Below, piece by piece: positions 19,251 through 29,914 of a stretch of 64,000 nucleotides of DNA. Positions within the stretch are counted from its first letter, which is position 1. The number at the start of each line of letters is the position of its first letter. The notes beneath the pieces were generated by a model. That model was not told the origin of the DNA. It searched no databases and saw only the letters and a list, made by a program, of their open reading frames with translations. The translations under genes and the position numbers were made by a program. Origin of the DNA: Candidatus Eremiobacteria bacterium (GTDB lineage: Bacteria > Vulcanimicrobiota > Vulcanimicrobiia > Vulcanimicrobiales > Vulcanimicrobiaceae); contig CAVTRC010000001.1 in the NCBI GenBank assembly GCA_963737065.1, positions 672,001 to 736,000 of the forward strand. Reading direction: 5' to 3'.

Positions 19251-21321
19251 GTGATTGCAGCAGCTTTGCTTGCCGTGCTTCCTTTGCGCCTGATGCCGCA
19301 GGCGCCGTTTCCGCGTGTAGTTACGGCGCCGCGTACGGCGCAACGCGTCACGTCCGGAGTTGAGTACGCGCGTTACACGATGACGACCGAACTCGGTCCG
19401 ATGGTCGTGAACGTGCTCGCGATCAAGCCAAACCGGTCGCAGATCCGAATCGATTCGGTGCTCGCGCACGACGCATTGACGTCGAGCGGCGAGACGATCA
19501 CGTCGATGGCGCAACGCACCGGTGCGGTCGCCGGCATCAATGGCGATTACTTCGACATCGGCGCGACGAATCAGCCGACGAACATCGTCGTGACGCATCA
19601 TACGTTGCTGCGAACGCCGCGCAAACGATTTGCGCTGTTGATCACAAACCAAGGTCCCGAGATCGCGGAAACGAGCTTTAGCGGACAACTTCAGATCGGC
19701 GCGCGGACGTTTGCGCTTGATGCCGTCAACGAAATGCTGCCCCCGCACGGCGGCATCTCGCTGTTGACGCCGGCGTATGGATCGGTCGCGCCGGGCGATG
19801 CGTTGACGTTAGTCGCGATACGACCGGTAAACGGCACACCGCCGTTCGCGACATACGCGGTCGTGAATCAAGCGAACAACTTCGCACGGCAACCCGCCGG
19901 GTATTACGTCGCCATTGGACCGACCGCAATTGCAAACACCGGTGTCCCGAATCCGGGCGATACGATCGTTGCAACCGGTGATCTCGATGGGACCGATTTG
20001 TCGAACGTGCGAGCAGCCGTCGGCGGCGGGCCCTTGATTCTCGAAGACGGAAAGTGGTACGACGATCTCGACGGGCCGCGCGGCGGAACGTACTCGATGC
20101 GCGCACCACAAAGCGGCGCAGCGCTTACGCCCGACGGGACCCTGCTGCTGATCGAAGTCGATGGACGCCAGCCGGATGAATCGATCGGTGTTACGCCGCA
20201 AGAATTTTCGGCGCTGATGCGGTCGTTCGGTGCGACGCGCGGTATGGAATTCGATAGCGGCGGTTCGTCCGAGATGGCAGTTCGTATCCCGGGCAACGGC
20301 GTTGCAACGCTGGTCAATTCACCGTCGGACGGCAAAGAACGTCCAGTCTCCGACGGCGTCTTCATCTACAACGACGCTCCGGTGAGCGCGCCTGCGCAGA
20401 TCGTCGCACAGCCGCAAGCCGTGCGCGCAATCGCCGGCGCGCGTGTGCCGCTGCGCCTCGCAGCCGTCGACGCTGCGGATCATCCCGTCGCAGCACCGGG
20501 CGCAATACACGTGCGCGTCGAGCCCGCATCGCTCGGCGCGTACGGCGACGGCACGTTCGTTGCGCAGCACACGGGTTCGGGTTCGCTCATCGCGCGCAGC
20601 GGCACGCTGCTCTCGCGCATACCGGTGGACGTCGTCGAGCGACCCGGCGCGGATCGTTATTCTGCCGCACGACCCGATCGTTGGTAAAAACGCACACGTT
20701 ACGCTCGAAGCGCGCGCGTACGATGCCGCGGGCTACGAGCTCGCGCTACCGGCGCACCTACCGTGGCGCGCGAGCACGGGAAATATCGACGGCAGCGGAC
20801 TCTTTTCCGCGGGAACGCACGACGCCGTAATCTCGCTTTTGGTCGGCGATCATCTCGCGAACGCGCGCGTAAGCGTCGGTTTCCGCGACGTTGCGCTGCC
20901 TTTCACGAACCACGTTCATTTTATGACGTCGCCGAGCGGCGGCGAAGGCGCAATCAGCAGCGAATGCGACGGATGCGTCGAGCTGCAGTATCGGCTCGGG
21001 AAAAAAGAGCGTGCGGCATATGCCGCCTCGGATACGCCATTGCCTCCCCGATCGGCCGGCGTCGCGTTCGACGTTCGGGATGACGGGAACGGCGCGCAGC
21101 TCAAAGTCGCGCTGCACAACGCGCTCAACGAGGAAGTGTTGCTGCCGGCGACGGTTCTCGTCGGTCACGGCTGGCGGCACGTCGTGGTAACGTTTCCGCA
21201 GTCGCTCTTCCAGCCTGCGCGTTTGACCGCAATATACGTGATCGGATCGGTTCCGGGCGAAGCGCACGCAGGCACGATCGGAATCCGAGACGTGAAGGCG
21301 GTCGTCGGCGGCTCGGAGTAG
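19251..21321 (+). CDS. Phosphodiester glycosidase (NAGPA family) with Ig-like/carbohydrate-binding C-terminus; +1 frameshift near 20637
   Basis: GAVAGINGDYF, AVGGGP, EVDGRQ, FDSGGSS, ERPVSD motifs; protein continues in ORF 20443-21321 (SDPARIVILP..). Confidence 0.8.
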
Positions 21322-21344
21322 TCGCGCGTTTAAGGAGGCTCCGA

Positions 21345-22796
21345 ATGCAGTTCGAAGACCTCGGGCGCAGGGCGCTCGATACCGCGACCGCCCGCGGCGC
21401 GCGCTATACGGACATCCGCTTCGAATCCGTGCGTAGCGAACGAATCGAGGTGCGCAATGCCGTCGTCGCTTCGCTGGCCGATTCGCGCAGCGTCGGATAC
21501 GGCATCCGCGCTCTCGTCGACGGTGCGTGGGGCTTCGCGGCAAGCGAAGATCTTACGACGGCCGGCATCGATGCTGCGGCGGCGCGCGCGGTCACGATTG
21601 CGCGCGCGAGCGCTTCGATCGCGCGACGTCCAATCGGCGAACCGCCACCTGCTCCGTACGTCGACACGTTTACTACCCCGCTGGAGCGCGATCCGCAAAG
21701 CGTTCCGCTCGGAGATCGCGTCGCATTGCTGCTTGAAGCGGAAAAGGCGCTGCACTCGACGGCGGCCGTCGGGGTGGGGCGCGCGTGGCTCGATCTCTGG
21801 GACACCGAAAAATTCCTTTTCAGCTCCATCGGTTCAGCGATACAACAACGCATCGTACAGACGGGCAGCGGGATTCAAGCACTCGCGGTAGGCGAGGGAG
21901 ACGTGCAAGCGCGCACGTTCCCCGGCGACGTCGGCCTCTACAAATCGGGGGGATGGGAGATCGTCAAGGAGGCGGCACTCGTGCAAAACGCCGCGCGCAT
22001 CGGTGAAGAAGCGACGGCGCTGCTGAACGCGCCGCAGTGTCCGAGCGGCACGTTCGACATCGTTCTCGGCGGCTCGCAAATGTCGCTGCAAATCCACGAA
22101 TCATGCGGACATCCGGCCGAACTCGACCGCGTCATGGGATGGGAAGCGAACTTCTCCGGAACGAGTTTTCTCGAAATCTCTCAGCTCGGGAAACTGAAAT
22201 ATGGAGCGGACATCGTCTCAATCGTGATCGACAATACGTTACCGTTTGGAATGGCGACGTGCGGCTACGACGATGAAGGAACCAAATCAGGCGTCTCCGA
22301 CATCATTCGCGACGGCACGCTGGCCGGCTACGAGATGAGCAACGATACGGCGCGCGCGATCGGACGCACGAGTAACGGGTGCGTGCGCGCGCAGAGCTGG
22401 GAATTCGCACCGATGATCCGCATGTGCAATCTCAACTTGCTGCCCGGGAACGTTGCCTTCGAGCATCTCTTTGACGACGTGCGCGACGGCGTTTACATGG
22501 AGAGCAACCGCTCGTGGTCCATCGACGATCGGCGGTTGAACTTTCAGTTCGGTTGTCAGATCGGGTGGGAGATCAAGAACGGGAAACGGGGGCGAATGCT
22601 CAAGAATCCGACGTACGGCGGAATGACGCCGCAGTTTTGGAACGCGTGCGACGCGATTGCCGACGAGCGATCGTGGAACGCCTGGGGGACGCCGAATTGC
22701 GGCAAGGGTGAACCGATGCAAGTGGGTCGCACGACGCAAGCAGCAGCACCGGCGCGATTCCGCGGTATCGCGGTAGGAGTCGGCTACGGTGGATAA
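21345..22796 (+). CDS. tldD: TldD/PmbA family metalloprotease, catalytic subunit
   Basis: GYGIRALVDGAWGFA, HESCGHPAELD, YDDEG, CGKG motifs; AGGAGG RBS. Confidence 0.92.
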   Translation: MQFEDLGRRALDTATARGARYTDIRFESVRSERIEVRNAVVASLADSRSVGYGIRALVDGAWGFAASEDLTTAGIDAAAARAVTIARASASIARRPIGEPPPAPYVDTFTTPLERDPQSVPLGDRVALLLEAEKALHSTAAVGVGRAWLDLWDTEKFLFSSIGSAIQQRIVQTGSGIQALAVGEGDVQARTFPGDVGLYKSGGWEIVKEAALVQNAARIGEEATALLNAPQCPSGTFDIVLGGSQMSLQIHESCGHPAELDRVMGWEANFSGTSFLEISQLGKLKYGADIVSIVIDNTLPFGMATCGYDDEGTKSGVSDIIRDGTLAGYEMSNDTARAIGRTSNGCVRAQSWEFAPMIRMCNLNLLPGNVAFEHLFDDVRDGVYMESNRSWSIDDRRLNFQFGCQIGWEIKNGKRGRMLKNPTYGGMTPQFWNACDAIADERSWNAWGTPNCGKGEPMQVGRTTQAAAPARFRGIAVGVGYGG

Positions 22797-24120
22797 GGCG
22801 CAGCGCGAAGGCATCGCACGCCGCGCGCTTGCGGCCTCGAACGCCGATCAAACCGAAGTCATCGTGAGCGGATCGAACAAGGCGTTGACGCGCTTCACGC
22901 ATGGCGTATCGAATCAAAACGTCGACGCAATCGATGTCAACGTTTCGGTTCGTGCAATCGTCGACGGGCGTACCGGCGTTGCAGCGAGCAATCGCACCGA
23001 GGACGGGGATCTCGAAGAGCTGGTGCGGCGTGCAATCGACATGGCCGCCTTTGCTCCGGCCGATCCGCTGCGTCCAACGCTCCCGTGCGGTGGCGCAATG
23101 CTCTCTCCGCCGGACGCGTTCGATGACGCCACGGCGCGCGCGGACGCGTTTGCACGCGCGCATATCTGCGATTCGATACTCACCGAAGCCGAGGAAGCCG
23201 GGTACTGGTGCGCCGGCTACACTTCTACGGCGCGCGAGGGCGTCAGTATCGCGAATTCTTCGGGCGCGCTCGCGTCGTTCGACGGAACCGACGCGCAAGC
23301 AAACGTCAAGATGATCGGCTCGGATTCGTCGGGATTCGCGGAGTTTTATTCCACGAAAATGGGCGCGGTGAACGGGCGCGACGTCGGACGGCGAGCCGCA
23401 CATAAAGCGCGCGAATCGGCTGAGCCGAAGACCGTTGAACCCGGTGAATGGACCGTCATCCTCGAACCGCCTGCGTTCGGCGAACTACTCGCGTACCTCA
23501 TCGGCCACTTTTCGGCGCAGTCGTTCGACGAAGGCTCGTCGTTCTGCAGCGACGGGCTCGAGCGCTCGTACTTCGCGGACGCCGTTACGATCCATGACGA
23601 CTATGCGAACCCGCTCGCGCCCGGCATGCCGTTCGATTTCGAAGCGCAGCCCAAGGAGCGCCTGGCGTTGGTCGAATCGGGCGCCGTTCGGAACGTCGTG
23701 ACCGACAGCTACTATGCGAAGAAGCTCGACCGTCGGAATACGGGCCACGCGCTTCCCGCGCCGAACGCGTGGGGGCCGCAAGCGCTCAACATCGTCGTTT
23801 CACCGGGAACGAGCTCGACGGAAGAATTGATCGCGCAAACATCACGCGGCCTCCTGATCTCACGGTTCTGGTATATCCGGAACGTGGACCAAAAGAAAAC
23901 GATCGTTACGGGGATGACTCGGGACGGAACGTTTCTCATCGAGCACGGGCGCATTACCGGCGGCGTCCGCAATCTGCGTTTCAATCAAAGCATCGTCGAA
24001 GCGCTCGGCGCGGTGTCATTCTCGAACGATCAGCACCGCACGGGACAATATTCGTATTCGCTCGTCGTTCCGACGGCGAAAATCGAACGCTTCAATTTCA
24101 CGAGCACAACGGAGTTCTAG
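22789..24120 (+). CDS. pmbA: TldE/PmbA family protein
   Basis: LTRF..N, GEWTVILEPPA, PFDFE, NTGH, TGMTRDGTFLIEHG; overlaps tldD; lacks HExxH. Confidence 0.88.
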   Translation: MDKAQREGIARRALAASNADQTEVIVSGSNKALTRFTHGVSNQNVDAIDVNVSVRAIVDGRTGVAASNRTEDGDLEELVRRAIDMAAFAPADPLRPTLPCGGAMLSPPDAFDDATARADAFARAHICDSILTEAEEAGYWCAGYTSTAREGVSIANSSGALASFDGTDAQANVKMIGSDSSGFAEFYSTKMGAVNGRDVGRRAAHKARESAEPKTVEPGEWTVILEPPAFGELLAYLIGHFSAQSFDEGSSFCSDGLERSYFADAVTIHDDYANPLAPGMPFDFEAQPKERLALVESGAVRNVVTDSYYAKKLDRRNTGHALPAPNAWGPQALNIVVSPGTSSTEELIAQTSRGLLISRFWYIRNVDQKKTIVTGMTRDGTFLIEHGRITGGVRNLRFNQSIVEALGAVSFSNDQHRTGQYSYSLVVPTAKIERFNFTSTTEF

Positions 24121-24124
24121 CGCC

Positions 24125-24841
24125 GTGCTAACGTCTCTCCTCCTGGTACTGCTCTTACGTCTTCCATCGGTGCTGATGTACCATCAAGTCGATCTGCAGG
24201 CGCCGCGGGATGCGATCGGACGCGCGCTGACCGTTTCGCCCATCCAACTCTCGCACGATCTCCAGTATCTCGCCAGCCACAATCTGCGCGCCGTGAGCGT
24301 CGACGATTATTTGGAGGCCGTCAAGGCGCATCGCTCGACGGATGACATGGTGATCCTTACGTTCGACGACGGCTACGCAGACCAGTTCACACAAGCGCTT
24401 CCGGTACTGCTAGCTCATCACGCGCATGCCACGTTCTTCATCACGACCGGTAACGTCGGCAAACGAAATCACCTCACGTGGGGTGAGATCGACGAGATGC
24501 ACCACGAGGGGATGTCGATCGGCGGCCACAGCGTCGAACACGTCGATCTCGCGGCGCTCTCGCCGCAACAGCAGCGCTCCGAAATCGAAGGCTGCCTGGC
24601 CGCGCTTGCGCAGCATGGCGTCACGGCAGATACGTATGCGTATCCCGGCGGAACGTTCAATCGCGCGACGGAAGCAATACTCGCCAAGGAACCCGTCGCA
24701 CTGGCATTTACGACCGATGCATCGCATCGCATCGGTATCTATGCCCGATTCGAAATCGCACGCCTGCGCGTGAAAAACGTTACGACGATCCACGAACTCG
24801 CGCGGGAGCTCGCACAACCATCAAAGCAGCACCTGCAATAG
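24125..24841 (+). CDS. Polysaccharide deacetylase (CE4/NodB)
   Basis: VLMYH, LTFDDGY, GGHSVEH, YAYPGG motifs. Confidence 0.9.
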   Translation: MLTSLLLVLLLRLPSVLMYHQVDLQAPRDAIGRALTVSPIQLSHDLQYLASHNLRAVSVDDYLEAVKAHRSTDDMVILTFDDGYADQFTQALPVLLAHHAHATFFITTGNVGKRNHLTWGEIDEMHHEGMSIGGHSVEHVDLAALSPQQQRSEIEGCLAALAQHGVTADTYAYPGGTFNRATEAILAKEPVALAFTTDASHRIGIYARFEIARLRVKNVTTIHELARELAQPSKQHLQ

Positions 24842-25706
24842 CGAGCGCGACTGCGAACCCCACGACCCGGATGTCGGGAACGGAAACGAGATTTACCGCC
24901 GGGTAGTTGAAGACGTGCGGTTCGAGCTGGAGTCCGCCGAGCGTCACGCGTGCACCATCGCGCGCGATACCGATTCCGTTCTTCACTTCAACTTCGTTGT
25001 CGTTTTCGACGTCGAAGAGCACGACGGGTACCGCGGCGCCGATCGACGGCATTCGCGCCGCTTCTTGCGCGCTGAAGTACACCGCTTTGACGACGCGATG
25101 CGCCGCGGGAACGGCGAACGAGTCATACGGCACCGTCATGCCGGCAATCGTTTGTTGCGACTGCATGAGCAGGACCGGTGAAAGGAACGTATTCCCGGTC
25201 GGTTGCGTCATCGTTAGGTGTCCGCCGCGCACATCCGAAACGTCGACGGCGACAACGTCTCGCGCTACCGCTTCAAGGAGAAACGGCCCGTCATAACGGC
25301 GTCCCGTTATCGTTTGCGCGTCTCCACCGCGCACGAGTTGGACGCCCGATTGGGCCGAGCGGTTCGACGGCGCAATTGGAAACACGAGCGAACCACCGAG
25401 CGCATCGACTCGTACGGTCGCGCCTGGCGCAGCGACGAGCAGCTGGGAGTCCGGGCCGAGCAGCCCCGACGCAATCGTTGCGAAACCCGCAACAACGCCC
25501 CCGGCGATACACGCGGCAAGCGCAGCTCGCGCGCGCGGTATTTTGATTGCACCGACCGCTCGTGGCAGCGGCATGAGCGCAACGGCGATCAGGGCGGCAA
25601 GAAGCACGTTGAACCAACCGTAATGGTACACGTCGTTGCCGGGGAAGAGCAGCTCGATCAGCGCACATAGGATGAGCGCGGACGCACAAACGAGGCTCGT
25701 GATCAC
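24780..25706 (-). CDS. Membrane protein with ResB/Ccs1-like topology
   Basis: 3 N-terminal TMs with DVYHYGWF, large soluble loop, C-terminal TM; directly downstream of TlpA/ResA. Confidence 0.45.
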   Translation of the reverse strand: MITSLVCASALILCALIELLFPGNDVYHYGWFNVLLAALIAVALMPLPRAVGAIKIPRARAALAACIAGGVVAGFATIASGLLGPDSQLLVAAPGATVRVDALGGSLVFPIAPSNRSAQSGVQLVRGGDAQTITGRRYDGPFLLEAVARDVVAVDVSDVRGGHLTMTQPTGNTFLSPVLLMQSQQTIAGMTVPYDSFAVPAAHRVVKAVYFSAQEAARMPSIGAAVPVVLFDVENDNEVEVKNGIGIARDGARVTLGGLQLEPHVFNYPAVNLVSVPDIRVVGFAVALAIAGAALMVVRAPARVRGSS

Positions 25707-26233
25707 GAATTCAGGTACGGCCCAACGGCGGCTTGCATCTGCGAGAGCGTCAATGCACCGTCGAATCCCTTGACGACGTTTCCGTCGCGACCGATCACAA
25801 CCGTGGTCGGCATGCCGAGTGCCGCATAGAGACGTCCGTATCGCTGCTGGTCATCGATCCAAATCGGAAAACGAATGCCGAGCGACTGTGCAAATGCGCG
25901 CGCGCGCGAAGGCGACTCACCTTCGTTGACGCCGACCACGACGAGCCCCGCCGACGCGTATTGCTGTGAAAGCCGCTGAAGATCCGGCATCTCAGCGCGG
26001 CACGGCGGACACCACGACGCCCAGAGATTCATCACGATGATGCGTCCGCGATACTGCTGCAATGAAACCACCGTGCCGCGATCGTCGGCTAATGTGAAGG
26101 CAGGAGCGGCCGTTCCCACGAGCGCCGAGGGTCCCGTTGCGTGCGACGTGTCGGAGCGAAAGAACGGAACGATGATGACCGCCGCGATGATGACGACCGC
26201 AATGATGAGCAGCCAGCGCATTTGGCGATTCAC
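25703..26233 (-). CDS. TlpA/ResA family thiol-disulfide oxidoreductase
   Basis: N-terminal TM; APAFTL, NLWASWCPPCRAEMP, GMPTT. Confidence 0.93.
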   Translation of the reverse strand: MNRQMRWLLIIAVVIIAAVIIVPFFRSDTSHATGPSALVGTAAPAFTLADDRGTVVSLQQYRGRIIVMNLWASWCPPCRAEMPDLQRLSQQYASAGLVVVGVNEGESPSRARAFAQSLGIRFPIWIDDQQRYGRLYAALGMPTTVVIGRDGNVVKGFDGALTLSQMQAAVGPYLNS

Positions 26234-26514
26234 CAGTCGCCCATCCGGTCTTCGTCGACTTCGCCTTCGAACGCAACCGTGCCCGCGGGCATCACGGCAG
26301 CGTAGAGCGGGACGCCGCGGAAGCTGACCTCACGCTTTCGCGCCGCGTCATCACCCGACTCGAAGAGGCGGCAATAGCGCGAAAGAACATCGGGACTGCA
26401 GCGCGCAAGTTTCGGCGAAACGTTATAGATTTGGACGAAGCGGTCGAAAGCGCGTTCGAAACTCTCGGCTGCGAAATTCGACCCCAGGCGCACTTCGCGC
26501 CGCACGTGTTCCAG
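26230..26514 (-). CDS. Small hypothetical protein (~94 aa), probable CTG start
   Basis: GGAGG 8 nt upstream of in-frame CTG; stop overlaps tlpA start (GTGA). Confidence 0.55.
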   Translation of the reverse strand: MEHVRREVRLGSNFAAESFERAFDRFVQIYNVSPKLARCSPDVLSRYCRLFESGDDAARKREVSFRGVPLYAAVMPAGTVAFEGEVDEDRMGDW

Positions 26515-26548
26515 GTGACCATCCTCCGACGGACGAAACGGCGACCGC

Positions 26549-27415
26549 GTGTCCGCCCACATCCTCGACGGCAAGGCGTTGGCCGCCGATCTGCGTACGG
26601 AACTAATCGCACGTACGAGTGCGCTACGCGAGGTCGCGATTCATCCCAAGCTCGTGATCGTTTTCGTTGGAGAAAACGAGTCGAGCGTCGCGTACGTTCG
26701 CAACTTGGCGAAAACCGGCGAACGCGTCGGCGTGGCGGTCCAGGTCGACCGCCTTCCGGAGCATGCATCCGCCGCCGACGTTCGCGCGTGCTTGGAACGC
26801 TTGCGCGACGATCCCGCCGTGCACGGCGTAATGTTACAGCAGCCGCTTCCCGCGCATCTGTCCATCCGCGAAATCGCCGATGCGATTCCCTTGCACAAGG
26901 ATGTCGACGGAACGCATCCCGTGAACCAAGGTCATCTCGCGTTTGGAAGCGGCACGGAATTCGTTCCCGCGACGCCGGCTGCCGTGATGCTGCTCCTCGA
27001 ACGCAGTCCACACTGGCCGCTGCGCGGACGCCGCGCAGTGATGATCGGCCGATCGATCGTTGTCGGCGCGCCGGTTGCGATGTTGATGCTCGCACAGGAC
27101 GCGACGGTAACCGTGCTTCATAAGGAGAGCGCGGATCTTCAGCCCTACGTCCAAATGGCGGAAATCGTCGTCGTCGCAACCGGCGTTCCAGGACTCATCG
27201 GCGCTAACGACATCTCAGCCGGTGCCACCGTGATCGACGTCGGCACGACGGTGGTCAACGGCGAACTCAAAGGTGACGTCGATTTTTCTTCGGCTGTGGA
27301 AGTCGCCGGTGCCATTACGCCGGTTCCCGGGGGAGTCGGGCCGGTTACGAACGTCGCACTGCTTCGCAACGTCGTCAAATCGGCGGAACACCTCACACAC
27401 GCGATTCTGCGCTAG
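26549..27415 (+). CDS. folD: Bifunctional methylenetetrahydrofolate dehydrogenase/cyclohydrolase
   Basis: ILDGK, VHGVMLQQPLP, KDVDG, GRSIVVG, VIDVG, ITPVPGGVGPVT. Confidence 0.95.
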   Translation: MSAHILDGKALAADLRTELIARTSALREVAIHPKLVIVFVGENESSVAYVRNLAKTGERVGVAVQVDRLPEHASAADVRACLERLRDDPAVHGVMLQQPLPAHLSIREIADAIPLHKDVDGTHPVNQGHLAFGSGTEFVPATPAAVMLLLERSPHWPLRGRRAVMIGRSIVVGAPVAMLMLAQDATVTVLHKESADLQPYVQMAEIVVVATGVPGLIGANDISAGATVIDVGTTVVNGELKGDVDFSSAVEVAGAITPVPGGVGPVTNVALLRNVVKSAEHLTHAILR

Positions 27416-27436
27416 TCGCGTCGAGGCTCATCTGCG

Positions 27437-28156
27437 TTAGTTCTGCGAAAATGCTTTACCGAAGAATTTTTCTTGCTCGGCTTTGAACGCGTCGTCGTCG
27501 CCGGCATCCCCCCGGCGTTCCAGTTCCGCTCGTCGGCGTTCCAGCAAGTTCCGCAGTTGCGGTAAGAGCCGCTCGAGGAACTCGTTCTCGGCGCGCAAGC
27601 GTGATTTCGTATCGTTCAGTTCGAGTAGCCGTTGCTTCACGGCTTCCGTGATCTGCAGTGAATCGGCGATGAGAAACGACGTGCCAAGCGCGTCCATCGG
27701 AAGTTCGACGGACGTTTCTTGCCCGGAGAACTCAACCATCATTTCGAGATATCGATCGAAGAGCTCGCGCACCGCGGGCAGCAATTCCTCGATTTCATGG
27801 TCGTCCTCCGGCGGGTCGTCTTCTTCCACGGTTTCCGCCTCGACGAGCAGATACGGTTCGCGGCTGACGATCTGTTCGATGCGGAATCGCTCGCGTCCGA
27901 TCGTGGAGATGAAATACCGGTCGAGCGGCAGCGCCTGAACCTCAACGATTTCCGCGATCGACCCCATCTCGTGCGGCATGACGTTGGGATCGCCGGCCTC
28001 CGAACCTTCGGCGATCAGCGAAACGCCAAACGTTTCGCCGCTCTCGAGACATTCGGCGATCAACTGTTTGTAACGCGGCTCGAAAATATGGAGGTTGAGG
28101 ACGGCTCCGGGAAAGAGCACCGCGTTGAGCGGAAACAACCGAAGGCGCCGACGCAT
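27437..28156 (-). CDS. LON peptidase substrate-binding (N-terminal) domain protein
   Basis: LFPLNAVLFPGAVLNLHIFEPRYKQLI. Confidence 0.9.
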   Translation of the reverse strand: MRRRLRLFPLNAVLFPGAVLNLHIFEPRYKQLIAECLESGETFGVSLIAEGSEAGDPNVMPHEMGSIAEIVEVQALPLDRYFISTIGRERFRIEQIVSREPYLLVEAETVEEDDPPEDDHEIEELLPAVRELFDRYLEMMVEFSGQETSVELPMDALGTSFLIADSLQITEAVKQRLLELNDTKSRLRAENEFLERLLPQLRNLLERRRAELERRGDAGDDDAFKAEQEKFFGKAFSQN

Positions 28157-28212
28157 AGGGTCGCGTTCCTTCTAGGAGGTCGGCGACGGTTCCCCGCTAA
28201 GATTGTTCGTAA

Positions 28213-28791
28213 ATGGATGACGTGTTGCGATATTTGGAGTCGGTACATCCTGCGCCAAATCCGCTCTTGCTCGAATTGGAACAGCACGCGCGCAAGGACG
28301 GCATCCCGATCGTCTCACGCGAGACCGGACGACTCTTATCCGTGCTCGTGCACATGATGCAAGCCAACCGCATTCTGGAGATCGGGACCGCATACGGCTA
28401 TTCGACGTTGTGGATGGCCCTCGCTCAACCGCCGGTCGGGAAGATTTGGACGAGCGATACGGATAGCAGCCGCACCGACGTCGCGCTCTCGTATTTCAAG
28501 CGCGCCGGTGAAGACGACCACATCACGATTTTTAACCAAGACGCACGCGAACTATTGGAAAACTTCCAACAACGCAACCTCGACATCGTTTTCATCGACA
28601 CCTATAAGCGCCGCTACCGCGATTACCTGGATCTCGTCATTCCGATGCTCAAACGTTCCGGCATCGTGATCATCGACGGCCTGCTCGATGATGACGATCG
28701 GTTCAATGAATACTTCCTCTCGCATCCGCAGCTCAATGCAACCATCCTTCCGCTCGGCGAAGGCACGGGGATCGGCGCTCGGATCGAATGA
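28213..28791 (+). CDS. Class I SAM-dependent O-methyltransferase (YrrM/TrmR-like)
   Basis: ILEIGTAYGYSTLW, DIVFID motifs. Confidence 0.85.
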   Translation: MDDVLRYLESVHPAPNPLLLELEQHARKDGIPIVSRETGRLLSVLVHMMQANRILEIGTAYGYSTLWMALAQPPVGKIWTSDTDSSRTDVALSYFKRAGEDDHITIFNQDARELLENFQQRNLDIVFIDTYKRRYRDYLDLVIPMLKRSGIVIIDGLLDDDDRFNEYFLSHPQLNATILPLGEGTGIGARIE

Positions 28792-29282
28792 ACCGTCGTC
28801 CGGTCGACGCGTCGGCGTTCAGAGCGGTCATGCGCCACTATCCAACGGGCGTCACCGTCGTGACCAGTCTGCGAGAAGGCGAACCACGCGGCATGACGCT
28901 CAACGCGTTCTCGAGCGTCGCCGTCGATCCACCGCTCTTACTCATTTGCGTGAACCGCGAGGCGCGCAGTTATCTCTACATCGCGACGTCACGGATCTTT
29001 TGCGTCAATTTGCTTTCCGCCGGCCAGCGAGAACTTGCAGAACGTTTCTCGGGGAAGATTCGCGAGCGTCAATTCGAAGGAGTGCCGTTCGACGTCGACG
29101 TTACCGGTGCGCCCGTACTTGCCGAGACGATCGGTCACTTCGACTGCGAAGTGGCCGAAGAGCATCACGCGGGCTCGCATTCAATTATCATCGGCCGCGT
29201 GGTCGCCTGCACCGCGCGTCCGGGCATCCCCCTCGGTTACTTCAATGCCGGCTACCACGATTTCGGAATGCGCGTTGAATGA
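28788..29282 (+). CDS. Flavin reductase family protein
   Basis: FRAVMRHYPTGVTVVT, SVAVDPPLLL, AGSHSIIIG. Confidence 0.92.
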   Translation: MNRRPVDASAFRAVMRHYPTGVTVVTSLREGEPRGMTLNAFSSVAVDPPLLLICVNREARSYLYIATSRIFCVNLLSAGQRELAERFSGKIRERQFEGVPFDVDVTGAPVLAETIGHFDCEVAEEHHAGSHSIIIGRVVACTARPGIPLGYFNAGYHDFGMRVE

Positions 29283-29914
29283 TCTTCGAAACGTTTGCCG
29301 TCGGTTTGTTGTCCTGCAACTGCACGATCGTCGGCGACGAGACGACGCGCGAAGCAATCGTTATCGACGGCGGCGACGGCGTTGCAGACGTCGTGCAGCG
29401 GCTCGAACGCTTATCCCTGCGCGCAACGTATTTGATCCACACTCACGCGCATTTCGATCATATTGCGGATGTTGGCGCTTTGCGCGAGCGAACGCGAGCG
29501 CACGCGTTGCTCCACCCCGCCGATCTGCCGATTTACCACGAGCAGCCGACGCTAGCGCGCGCGTTCGGCTTTCCGCAACTGCCGGAAGTTGTTGAACTGG
29601 ACGGCGATCTTGCCGACGGCGATCGCATGGCGATCGGGTCCGTGCGGGTCGAAGTGCTGCACACGCCGGGCCATACGCCCGGCAGTGTCTGTTTCGCAGT
29701 GCGTCAGGATGACGACCAGCGGCTCGTTACCGGCGACACGCTTTTTGCGGGCGCGATCGGCCGTTGGGATCTCGGCGGCACGTCGATGAGCGACATCGTC
29801 GATTCCATTCACCGTAAATTGATGGACTATCCGGACGCAACGGCGGTAATCCCGGGACACGGAGCGTTCACGACGATCGGAAAAGAACGCGTTACAAACC
29901 CATACCTGCAATAA
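29279..29914 (+). CDS. MBL-fold metallo-hydrolase (glyoxalase II-like)
   Basis: THAHFDH, HTPGHTPGS, TGDTLF, PGHG. Confidence 0.92.
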   Translation: MIFETFAVGLLSCNCTIVGDETTREAIVIDGGDGVADVVQRLERLSLRATYLIHTHAHFDHIADVGALRERTRAHALLHPADLPIYHEQPTLARAFGFPQLPEVVELDGDLADGDRMAIGSVRVEVLHTPGHTPGSVCFAVRQDDDQRLVTGDTLFAGAIGRWDLGGTSMSDIVDSIHRKLMDYPDATAVIPGHGAFTTIGKERVTNPYLQ

